A stretch of 64,000 nt of DNA from Candidatus Omnitrophota bacterium (GTDB lineage Bacteria; Omnitrophota; Gorgyraeia; Gygaellales; Profunditerraquicolaceae), in NCBI GenBank assembly GCA_016208765.1, contig JACQXK010000001.1, forward strand, positions 192,365 through 256,364, read 5' to 3'. Of this stretch, positions 8,249-16,624 are shown one piece after another. The position numbers were made by a program, and so were the translations under genes. Below the pieces are notes generated by a model that ran no database searches, was not told the DNA's origin, and worked only from the letters and a program-made list of their open reading frames with translations. Numbering within the stretch: the stretch's first letter is position 1; every line of letters starts with the position of its first letter.

Positions 8249-11200
8249 TTGATAGCTATGCAAGAAGTAAATTGGAACAACTTTAAAGCAAAGTTTAACG
8301 GTAAAGAGCAAAAATCTTTCGAGTGGTTTTGCTATCTCTTGTTTTGTAAAGAATTCAAGAAGAACACCGGAATATCCAGGTATAAAAACCAAGCAGGGAT
8401 AGAAGCCGAGCCTATTGAACATAATGGTCAAATGATAGGGTTTCAGGTGAAATTCTATGAAACAAGGATTAGTGAGAATAAAGACGACATAAAAAAGTCT
8501 ATTGAAACGGCAAAGAGAAAGAATGGCAACCTTAACAAAATCATATTTTATATAAATCAGGAATTCTCAGAAAGTAGCAAAAAAGATAAGAAAGACCCCG
8601 CATACAAAATCGACATAGAAAATTATGCTAAGTTTCTTGGCGTGGAAATAGATTGGAGAAGCAGAAGCTTTTTTGACTCTTCATTTGTCTGTCAGGACAA
8701 TGCCGTAATAGCACAACACTTTTTTGACTTAGGCAAGAGCGCGATTGATTTCTTAAATGAGTTAACTCAGCATACCGAAGCTATCCTAGCGGCAATAAAT
8801 TCAAAAATAAACCTCAGAAATAATGAAATAAAAATAGATACGGCACAGAATATAAAAGTGCTACAAGATGTTCTGAATACTTCTCCCATGGCTATTTTAA
8901 GTGGAGAGGCAGGGGTAGGAAAAACCGCTCTCATCAAAGATTTTTATGACTCAAGCAAAGACAAGGCTCCTTTTTACATCTTTAAAGCTGCCGAATTCTG
9001 CATACCCAACATAAATCAACTTTTCGCCAATTACGGATCATTTACCCTGTCAGATTTCATGAGAGAACACCAAGATTTCCAAGAAAAATACATAGTAATC
9101 GATTCTGCTGAAAAGTTATCTGACATTGAATATAAGGAAGTTTTTCAGGAATTTTTATCCACCCTGCAAATTAACAAATGGAAAGTCATATTTACAACAA
9201 GACATAGCTACTTGGACGATTTAAGATTTCAGTTTATTGAGGTTTACCATGTCCGGTGTCAGCCAGTAAATATCGAAAATCTTACCTCGGCACAACTTGT
9301 CGAGATTTCAAAAAAATATGGTTTTGATCTGCCAAGGAATGACAGGTTGCTTGAGCTTTTGCGAACACCTTTCTATTTAAATGAATATCTACAAAATTAT
9401 GATAGTTTAGGAAACGCAATAAGTTTTTCTGATTTTAAAAATTTGTTGTGGAACAAGCAGATATCCAAAACTTCATATCAGAAGGATAACATACATATAA
9501 AACGGGAAAAATGCTTCCTGGAGATTGCTCATAAGAGGGCTGCTGAGGGCAGCTTTTTTGTAAAGGCTGATGGGTGTGATGATGAAGTTTTACGGGCTCT
9601 TGAGAACGATGAAATTATAAAATATAACTCCAATGCGGGCGGTTACTTTATTACACATGACATTTATGAAGAGTGGGCATTGGATAACATAATTGAAAGA
9701 ACGTTTTTGAATTCAAAAGATTACAGGGATTTCTTAAGGGGGATAGGAAGTTCTTTGCCAGTTCGTCGAGCTTTTCGGAATTGGCTCTCAGAAAAACTAT
9801 ATAATAATGGAAATGAAGTAAAAGCATTTATTGAATTTGCAATCAATGATGATACGATTGAGAGCTATTGGAAGGACGAAATCTACGTATCAATCTTGCT
9901 ATCCGATTACGCAGAGGTCTTTTTTGACATATTCAAAGACAAGCTTTTAGAAAATAACCAAACTCTCCTGGTGAAAATTATTTTTTTGCTGAGAATCGGT
10001 TGTAAAGAGATTGATGAAGACTTGCTTAATATATTTGGTATTCAAAAAACGGCGTGGAGCGCATTGAAAACTATCTTCACGAAACCAAAAGGCCGTGGAT
10101 GGAAATGCACCATCAATTTTATACATGAGCATAAAGGCGCATTGGGATTACAAAGAATGAATATAATCCTCCCCATGCTTGATGATTGGAATAACAAAAA
10201 TAAAGGGGGCGAAACTACAAAGCAAGCGAGCCAGATAGCGTTATATTATTATAACGAACTCACAAAACAACAATATTATCATATCTCTGACCGCAAAGAG
10301 GGGCAATTAATCAGAGTCATTTTGCAAGGCTCATCAGAAATTAAGGATGAGTTGAAAACTATCTTAGATGAAGTTATCTCTAACAAAGCGGTTGATTACA
10401 GGGATAGGTACTACGTTCTTATTAAGCCAATACTAACATCACTTACGGATTCCTTCGAGGTGGTTAAAGCTCTGCCGAATTATGTAATAAGATTAGCAGA
10501 TATTTTTTGGTTCCAAAATCCCAATGAATTAGATGAGGATTATAGATATTCAAGAAGAATGGACATGGAGGATTACTTTTGTATTTCATCAAGGCATAAC
10601 GACTTTTTACCAGCAAGTGCATTCCAAACACCTATATTCCAGCTTTTAAAGATATCTCCCCAAGAGACAACGGACTTTATTTTATCGTTTACCAACAAGA
10701 CGGTTGAATGCTATGCGAAATCTAAGCTTGATGGTGAAATAGAACAGGTAGACGTTTTTGTCGATAATAATAAAGCGATAAAGCAATATATAAGCAACAG
10801 GCTTTGGTGCATGTACCGTGGAACCCAAGTTTCTCCATACCTTCTTGAGTCTATACATATGGCTCTCGAAAAATGGCTTCTGGACGTCGCCAAATCAGCA
10901 TCAAAAGAGGTTATAGAAAGCCGGTGCCTGTATCTTATAAAAAACTCTAAATCTGCTTCAATAACCGCAGTTGTTTCAAGCGTGGTTTTAGCTCAACCGT
11001 CAAAGCTTTTCAATGTTGCAAAAATACTTTTCCAAACAAAACAATTCTTCCTTTACGACACGGCAAGGATGATGCTTGACCAATCACACAAAGGTCAATT
11101 ATTAGGGTTGAGAAATCTCTTTCCTCGTAACTACGATAATGAAATCTATGAAGATGAAAGAATAAAAGCTTGTGATGATAGCCACAGAAAATACGCATTA

Positions 11201-13009
11201 GAGCATTTAGCTCTTAATTATCAGTTATTCAGGACAGAAGAAGAAAGAGAGGATGAGGTTAAAGATAGACAAGAAATCATATGGGCCATATTCGATAAAT
11301 ATTATGCAGAGCTCCCAGACAAATCAACAGAAACGGAATCCGACAAGACATGGAAGCTATATTTGGCAAGAATGGATAGAAGAAAGATGAGTCCAGAAAT
11401 TGAGAAGACAGATGAAGGCACTTTCATTAAATTCAATCCCGAAATCGACGCCGATTTAAAAAAACATAGTGAAGATGCTCTGCAAGAAATTTCCGAGAAG
11501 ATGAAGTATACAGGTTTACGGCTATGGGCAGATAGCAGATTCAGAGGAGAAGAAGAGACCTACAAAAAATATCCTCAGTATGAAACCGAACCAAAACGTG
11601 TAATTACAGAAGCAAAGGAAATATTTGAAGGGCTAAAGACCACAAAAAGGGAAGAATTTTCCCTGTTTAACCGTTCAATACCCGCATATGCTTGCTCTGT
11701 TTTAATGCGTGATTTTTTTGGCAAACTTGATTCAGATGAAAAAGAATTCTGCAAAGAAGTAATTATTGGGTATGCAGCTATACCGTTAATGACAGAACAG
11801 TATATGTACCAGATATCCGATGGCACGGAAGCCGCAATTGCTCTTTTACCCAATCTTCTGGAGCATTTTCAAAAAGATAAGAAAGATATCAAAATGTTGT
11901 TGTTTAGATTGCTGCTCATCCCGTCCCGAGAAATATCAACATTTGTTGCAAGAGGCATTTTGCATAAGTTATGGAAAATCAGTTTTAATGATGCAAACTC
12001 TATGTTTCTAGGATATCTTTTGCTTTCACCCAAATATTATGCGCTTATCGATGAAATACGAGAAGAAAATTACAAAAGAAAAAATCACGGCGATTTAAGA
12101 ACACAGGTTTCTAAAGCATTTGAAGAAAAGTATAGAAAGGAACTTGAGAGGGTTAACAAGAACGGCATTTCTTATGATGAATTAGATGGCTTAGAAAAGA
12201 TAGATTTAGAAATTCTAAAATCGGCGTTTGAGTTATTGCCTTTGGAAACAACTGACAACGATCATAAGAAATTCTTGAGCGCAATCTTTCCCATTTTCGC
12301 AACGAAAATCTTACAGGATGATCGTGAGGACAGAATTGACTATACCCTAAGGCATAGATTCTTAGAAAAATTTGCATATTTTACCTTAAACCTCCCGAAA
12401 AAAGAAATAATGATATATTTGCGACCTTTTATCGATAATTTTCACAACTCAAGAGAAATGTCTGAATTCTTCCAAGAATTTATATTTGTAGAAGATAGGC
12501 TGTCCAAATATGACGAATTCTGGACAATATGGAATGCTTTTTATGAGAAGGTGGCAGATTTATGTAAGAGCAAGAGCAGTTATTATGCAAAAGAAGTCAT
12601 AAGTAGCTATCTCTTAGCAGGGATACCCTGGAATGAAAAAGCAAAAGAATGGCATACGCTAAAAGAACGAGAAAAGATATTCTATAAAAAGGTAGCTGAG
12701 GAAATGGGGCAGCACCCAGCGGTGTTGTATTCCATTTCCAAGGTTCTAAACGGCATCGGAAGCAATTTTATAGAAGACGGATTAACCTGGATAAGCTATA
12801 TCTTAGAAAACAACAAACAGCTAAGCTCGGAAGAATTAGAAACAAATACCATTTTTTACATAGAGACCTTTCTTCGACGATATATTCTAAATAATCGTCT
12901 ACATATTAGGAGGTCACTATTGATTAAGAAGCAACTTATCGTTGTTTTAAATTTCTTGATAGGAAGAGGTTCGATCGTAGGGTATTTATTACGAGATGAT
13001 ATTTTATAA
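8249..13009 (+). CDS. Giant STAND-like P-loop NTPase (1586 aa) with an N-terminal Mrr-like PD-(D/E)xK nuclease-fold domain and a long helical C-terminus; resembles the Avs (antiviral STAND) architecture.
   Basis: N-terminus FEWFCYLLFCKEF…GIEAEP…QMIGFQVKFYE follows the Mrr_cat pattern (FE.L…GID…I.QCK.Y). Walker A is [12 protein letters not shown] near aa 220 and Walker B is KYIVIDSAEKL near aa 280. More than 1200 aa of non-repetitive, helix-rich sequence follows. Confidence 0.6.
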   Translation: MIAMQEVNWNNFKAKFNGKEQKSFEWFCYLLFCKEFKKNTGISRYKNQAGIEAEPIEHNGQMIGFQVKFYETRISENKDDIKKSIETAKRKNGNLNKIIFYINQEFSESSKKDKKDPAYKIDIENYAKFLGVEIDWRSRSFFDSSFVCQDNAVIAQHFFDLGKSAIDFLNELTQHTEAILAAINSKINLRNNEIKIDTAQNIKVLQDVLNTSPMAILSGEAGVGKTALIKDFYDSSKDKAPFYIFKAAEFCIPNINQLFANYGSFTLSDFMREHQDFQEKYIVIDSAEKLSDIEYKEVFQEFLSTLQINKWKVIFTTRHSYLDDLRFQFIEVYHVRCQPVNIENLTSAQLVEISKKYGFDLPRNDRLLELLRTPFYLNEYLQNYDSLGNAISFSDFKNLLWNKQISKTSYQKDNIHIKREKCFLEIAHKRAAEGSFFVKADGCDDEVLRALENDEIIKYNSNAGGYFITHDIYEEWALDNIIERTFLNSKDYRDFLRGIGSSLPVRRAFRNWLSEKLYNNGNEVKAFIEFAINDDTIESYWKDEIYVSILLSDYAEVFFDIFKDKLLENNQTLLVKIIFLLRIGCKEIDEDLLNIFGIQKTAWSALKTIFTKPKGRGWKCTINFIHEHKGALGLQRMNIILPMLDDWNNKNKGGETTKQASQIALYYYNELTKQQYYHISDRKEGQLIRVILQGSSEIKDELKTILDEVISNKAVDYRDRYYVLIKPILTSLTDSFEVVKALPNYVIRLADIFWFQNPNELDEDYRYSRRMDMEDYFCISSRHNDFLPASAFQTPIFQLLKISPQETTDFILSFTNKTVECYAKSKLDGEIEQVDVFVDNNKAIKQYISNRLWCMYRGTQVSPYLLESIHMALEKWLLDVAKSASKEVIESRCLYLIKNSKSASITAVVSSVVLAQPSKLFNVAKILFQTKQFFLYDTARMMLDQSHKGQLLGLRNLFPRNYDNEIYEDERIKACDDSHRKYALEHLALNYQLFRTEEEREDEVKDRQEIIWAIFDKYYAELPDKSTETESDKTWKLYLARMDRRKMSPEIEKTDEGTFIKFNPEIDADLKKHSEDALQEISEKMKYTGLRLWADSRFRGEEETYKKYPQYETEPKRVITEAKEIFEGLKTTKREEFSLFNRSIPAYACSVLMRDFFGKLDSDEKEFCKEVIIGYAAIPLMTEQYMYQISDGTEAAIALLPNLLEHFQKDKKDIKMLLFRLLLIPSREISTFVARGILHKLWKISFNDANSMFLGYLLLSPKYYALIDEIREENYKRKNHGDLRTQVSKAFEEKYRKELERVNKNGISYDELDGLEKIDLEILKSAFELLPLETTDNDHKKFLSAIFPIFATKILQDDREDRIDYTLRHRFLEKFAYFTLNLPKKEIMIYLRPFIDNFHNSREMSEFFQEFIFVEDRLSKYDEFWTIWNAFYEKVADLCKSKSSYYAKEVISSYLLAGIPWNEKAKEWHTLKEREKIFYKKVAEEMGQHPAVLYSISKVLNGIGSNFIEDGLTWISYILENNKQLSSEELETNTIFYIETFLRRYILNNRLHIRRSLLIKKQLIVVLNFLIGRGSIVGYLLRDDIL

Positions 13010-13032
13010 GAAGGATAGCAAGAGGAGGATAT

Positions 13033-13695
13033 ATGCCGTATAAATTATCTACTGAACAAATTCGTGAATTAGTTAACCAGCCAGAAACCGGAATGGGTTA
13101 TCAGTATGTCGAAGCCTCTATGAGTAATTCTTCTATCTTGAAAGGAGTTGTGCTTAATTCAGAAGTTTTTATCCCTGAAGAAAAAATCGAAAAGATTATG
13201 GGTAAGCGATTTATAACCTACTCAGCAGTTCTTAATGAAGCAGAAAGTCCCGGATACATTAGAAAAATCAACGTCATTGGGCGAGATCGATTGCATCTCG
13301 GAGAAACAAAGTATTTTGCAAAATCTGCTGGAGTTCCTGCTTCGCAGGCCGTTATTTCTTTAACAGAAAAAAATCAAATTTTTAAAAGGTTCTCGCCTTA
13401 TAGAAATGATCATCGTATTAATGAAGATGGTAGTTTAAAATTAGGTGCATATGCCACTACAGAAGCCGATGCACGTAATGTTAGAACAGGAATAGATGCA
13501 ACAAATAGGTATGCATTACTGAGTGATGAGCCGGCAATATATGTTTTTACCATTCAACCGCCTGAAAAAACTTCTGTTCGCGTTGGAACAGTTGAACCTG
13601 CAAATGGCAAGCCTGGTGGCGGTGTTGAGGTTTTATTTGAAAACGGCTCTCCCAAAAACACTGTGACTGGACCCAACATAATTCCAGCAAATTAA
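13033..13695 (+). CDS. Hypothetical protein (220 aa) with an N-terminal 'PETGMGYQ' domain.
   Basis: Starts 24 bp after the giant NTPase stop, with GAGGAGG as RBS. Its N-terminal roughly 55 aa are paralogous to the next ORF. No recognised family. Confidence 0.6.
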   Translation: MPYKLSTEQIRELVNQPETGMGYQYVEASMSNSSILKGVVLNSEVFIPEEKIEKIMGKRFITYSAVLNEAESPGYIRKINVIGRDRLHLGETKYFAKSAGVPASQAVISLTEKNQIFKRFSPYRNDHRINEDGSLKLGAYATTEADARNVRTGIDATNRYALLSDEPAIYVFTIQPPEKTSVRVGTVEPANGKPGGGVEVLFENGSPKNTVTGPNIIPAN

Positions 13696-13914
13696 ATGAA
13701 ACTAAAATTAAATAAATACTGGACGGAGCACCTTCTTAAATACCCTGAAACAGGGATGGGGTATCAACGGGTTGATGTCATATTGAAATCTGGCCAGGTA
13801 ATCAAAAATATTGTTGTTTTGAACGCCGAAGACTTGGTGCTTTCTGACGAATATAAAGATTTAAGATTAGATGAAATTAAGGATTTACATGTTCTGATTA
13901 AAGGGAAAAGATAA
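13696..13914 (+). CDS. Hypothetical small protein (72 aa); a standalone paralog of the N-terminal 'PETGMGYQ' domain of the upstream gene.
   Basis: Starts 1 nt after the upstream stop. The alignment KYPETGMGYQRVDVILKSGQVIKNIVVLNAEDLV versus NQPETGMGYQYVEASMSNSSILKGVVLNSEVFI shows clear homology. Confidence 0.55.
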   Translation: MKLKLNKYWTEHLLKYPETGMGYQRVDVILKSGQVIKNIVVLNAEDLVLSDEYKDLRLDEIKDLHVLIKGKR

Positions 13915-14043
13915 AAATCGGCATAAGTTCTCAAGCGGAGGTGTTTATGAACGGTTTTAAAAAAGGATCTGGTTCTTTGTGATAAGGATGGCAAAGTTAT
14001 CAAAGTTTATCCATATGGCAGTGAAGAGCAGCTTAGATATGAA

Positions 14044-14361
14044 ATGGTTCTGGAAATTCTATTTGAGGCAGACAAGACAGCTCTAGAGAAACTCATAGAG
14101 AAAAGAGAGCATAAAGAACAGGTAATAGATAGTCAGATAGAAGAATGCGATAAGAAGGTTTTTCATAAATGTACCAAACGATCAGCCAAAAGATACAATA
14201 TGACCCAAACAGCAAGAATTTTAGGAGTTCATCGCGAGACATTATATTACTGGATCAAGAAAGGTTGGCTTAAGCCGAAGCGAGACTACAGGAATTATCC
14301 GGTTTTTACAGTTTTAGACATAGAAGAGCTGATAAAGTGGAAAGATACAATAAAATGTTGA
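14044..14361 (+). CDS. Small HTH DNA-binding protein (Xis/AlpA/MerR-like HTH_17) with a coiled N-terminal half.
   Basis: C-terminal MTQTARILGVHRETLYYWIKKGWLKPKR is a typical excisionase/MerR-type helix-turn-helix. No integrase gene is nearby. Confidence 0.6.
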   Translation: MVLEILFEADKTALEKLIEKREHKEQVIDSQIEECDKKVFHKCTKRSAKRYNMTQTARILGVHRETLYYWIKKGWLKPKRDYRNYPVFTVLDIEELIKWKDTIKC

Positions 14362-14500
14362 AATTATCTGGAAACCGCAGAAATAGATTTAACAGATTGA
14401 TTGACAAAGAGTTAACGGTATTTATGCATCTCGTACATTCATCGGTTTAGACAGTTTTATGCAAACCTCAAAACAAGGATATTAAAGTACACAACTAACT

Positions 14501-15724
14501 ATGAAACAAGAAGTTACATCAAAAAAAGTGTTCATTCGCACGCTGGGCTGTCAAATGAACGTCCGGGATTCGGAGGTAATTGGAGGGTTGCTTGCGAGAG
14601 CAGGGTATGAGATTACCGACGATGAACAGCAGGCGGATATTGTGATTTTTAATACCTGTTCTGTGCGTCAGATGGCTGAAGATAGGGTATGGAGCGCGGT
14701 GGGAAATGCTGTAAATAGAGAAAAGCATAGGGACAGTCCCCAAAAAGCGGGGACAGTCCCTATAATTGGTATTACAGGCTGTATGGCAAATAATTACCGG
14801 GAGGCAATTTTTGAGAAAGCGCCGGCTGTTGATTTTGTGGTCGGCACTGCGGATATTGGAAAGCTACCGGAAATCATAAAAGAAATCCAAAAACATAAAG
14901 GCAGCCTCAATGAAAAGAAGATTTATGAAACAGACGCAGAATTTCGCGAGGATGAAATTTATCACACTGGATTCAGGCTTGATAAAGAACATGCGTTTGT
15001 GGTAATCTCGGAGGGATGTGAGAATTTTTGTTCTTATTGTGTGGTGCCTTATGTGCGGGGAAAGTTGCGCTCGCGTGATCCTGAGGATATTTTAAAAGAA
15101 ATAAAAGCAGATGTTGATGCCGGGATTTCTAAGATTACTCTTTTGGGCCAGAATGTGAATGCGTATCATTGGGTAGATAAAAACAGGGACAGTCCCCAAA
15201 AACCGGGGACAGTCCCTGTTTTTACTTTTGATTTTGTAAAGCTCCTGACAATGGTTAATAGAATAAGCGGTTTAAAAGAGTTTACTTTTGTTACCTCACA
15301 CCCCAAGGATACATCAATAGAATTATTTAAGGCAATGGCTGAGTTGGATAAATTAAGAAAATACATGCATCTTCCGGTGCAGTCTGGTTCGGATAGGATC
15401 TTAAAAATGATGAATCGCAGGTATACCAGGGAAAATTATTTAAATTTAGCAAAGAGTTATCGTGAGATTGTCAGGGGTGGTGAGCTTACTACTGATATTA
15501 TTGTGGGTTTTCCCGGTGAGACAGAAAAAGATTTTCAGGATACCTTTGATTTGGTAAAAGAAGCGGAGTTTAATGCTGGTTTTATTTTTAAATATTCACC
15601 TCGGCCGCATACTGAGGCTTTAAAATTGCCTGATGATGTGTCAAGAGAGGAAAAAGAAAGGCGCCACGCCTTAATTTTAGAACTGCAGAAGAAAATATCA
15701 AAGAAGCTAAGAAAGAAAATATGA
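14501..15724 (+). CDS. miaB: tRNA-2-methylthio-N6-dimethylallyladenosine synthase (radical SAM methylthiotransferase). It carries two in-frame 11-aa palindromic-element insertions.
   Basis: VFIRTLGCQMN MTTase N-domain, CxxxCxxC radical-SAM cluster (CENFCSYCVVP) and a C-terminal TRAM region. Insertions 'RDSPQKAGTVP' and 'RDSPQKPGTVP' correspond to the DNA elements at 14729-14761 and 15185-15217. Confidence 0.9.
   Translation: MKQEVTSKKVFIRTLGCQMNVRDSEVIGGLLARAGYEITDDEQQADIVIFNTCSVRQMAEDRVWSAVGNAVNREKHRDSPQKAGTVPIIGITGCMANNYREAIFEKAPAVDFVVGTADIGKLPEIIKEIQKHKGSLNEKKIYETDAEFREDEIYHTGFRLDKEHAFVVISEGCENFCSYCVVPYVRGKLRSRDPEDILKEIKADVDAGISKITLLGQNVNAYHWVDKNRDSPQKPGTVPVFTFDFVKLLTMVNRISGLKEFTFVTSHPKDTSIELFKAMAELDKLRKYMHLPVQSGSDRILKMMNRRYTRENYLNLAKSYREIVRGGELTTDIIVGFPGETEKDFQDTFDLVKEAEFNAGFIFKYSPRPHTEALKLPDDVSREEKERRHALILELQKKISKKLRKKI
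14729..14761. repeat. 33-bp palindromic element AGGGACAGTCCCC-AAAAAGC-GGGGACAGTCCCT, inserted in-frame in miaB.
   Basis: Two copies of the near-palindrome GGGACAGTCCC separated by 7 nt. The same element recurs at 15185-15217 and, in reverse orientation, at 32625-32653 and 32828-32856. Confidence 0.85.
15185..15217. repeat. Second copy of the 33-bp palindromic element (AGGGACAGTCCCC-AAAAACC-GGGGACAGTCCCT), in-frame in miaB.
   Basis: Differs from the first copy by one spacer nucleotide. It is flanked by AAAAC/GTTTT, which extends the palindrome. Confidence 0.85.
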
Positions 15725-16617
15725 GTATTGCTGTTAAAAAGAAAATTATATTTTTAGTAGGGCCTACGGCAGCGGGTAAGTCAGAGATAGCAGTAAGGCT
15801 TGCCAGAAAAATTAACGCCGAAATTATTTCCTGTGATTCTATGCAGATTTATAAAGGAATGGATATTTTAACTGCAAAGCCTGCGCTTGCTTTACTTAGG
15901 AAGATCCCGCATCATTTAATCGGGATGATCGATCCTTCTAAAGAATATAATGTTTCAAGGTATCGCAGGGACGCGTTACGTATAATAAAAGAAATCTTTA
16001 AGAAAAATAAAACACCACTTTTTGTCGGAGGAACCGGGCTTTATATGAGTATTTTGCTTGATGGAATCTTTAAGGCTAAGGGAGAGAGCAAAAAAATAAG
16101 AAAGCAGCTTTTTGAAGAGGCTAAGAGAATCACAAGCCCTGAGTTGCACGATAGGTTAAAGAAAATTGACCCTCAGGCAGCAGAGAAAATTCATCCTAAT
16201 GATACAAGGCGGATTGTGCGCGCTTTGGAAGTTTTCTTGGTTACGGGTAAACCTATTTCAGTTTTACAGAAAGAACGCATTGGGCTTGCAGATGAATATG
16301 ATGTAGAGGTTTATTGCCTTAGTATGCCGCTTGATAAGCTTTATGAAAAGATTAACAAGCGAGTGGATAAAATGTTTAAGCTTGGGTTGGTTAATGAAGT
16401 AAAGAAACTATTAAAAAAGAAACTAAGTAAAACTGCCCAATTTGCCATTGGCATTAGAGAGTTAAAGGGTTATTTTGATGGTGATTGCAGCTTGGAGCAG
16501 GTAAAAGAAATGATCAAGTATAACAGCCGTCAGTACGCTCGTCGGCAATTGACTTGGTTCAGGAAGGATAAGCGGATAAAGTGGGTTGAGGCTGATGCCA
16601 TTACTCAGAAAGGTTAA
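15721..16617 (+). CDS. miaA: tRNA dimethylallyltransferase.
   Basis: P-loop LVGPTAAGKSEIAV and the overall MiaA pattern. It overlaps the miaB stop by 4 nt. Confidence 0.9.
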   Translation: MSIAVKKKIIFLVGPTAAGKSEIAVRLARKINAEIISCDSMQIYKGMDILTAKPALALLRKIPHHLIGMIDPSKEYNVSRYRRDALRIIKEIFKKNKTPLFVGGTGLYMSILLDGIFKAKGESKKIRKQLFEEAKRITSPELHDRLKKIDPQAAEKIHPNDTRRIVRALEVFLVTGKPISVLQKERIGLADEYDVEVYCLSMPLDKLYEKINKRVDKMFKLGLVNEVKKLLKKKLSKTAQFAIGIRELKGYFDGDCSLEQVKEMIKYNSRQYARRQLTWFRKDKRIKWVEADAITQKG

Positions 16618-16624
16618 ATAAACC

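Noticed and set aside
13951-14043. Possible N-terminal extension of the HTH protein. The frame is open for 31 codons upstream of ATG 14044 (…DGKVIKVYPYGSEEQLRYE).
   Set aside because: There is no in-frame ATG, GTG or TTG start in the extension, so 14044 is retained. A rare CTG start cannot be excluded.
14401-14429. sigma-70 promoter for miaB: TTGACA, 16-17 bp, then TATGCA.
   Set aside because: The -35 hexamer is perfect but the -10 is poor, so it is not listed as a feature.
14729-15217. CRISPR array, suggested by the repeated GGGACAGTCCC units.
   Set aside because: There are only two repeat units per locus, 3-7 nt apart and lying inside ORFs. No spacer-length periodicity and no cas genes are present.
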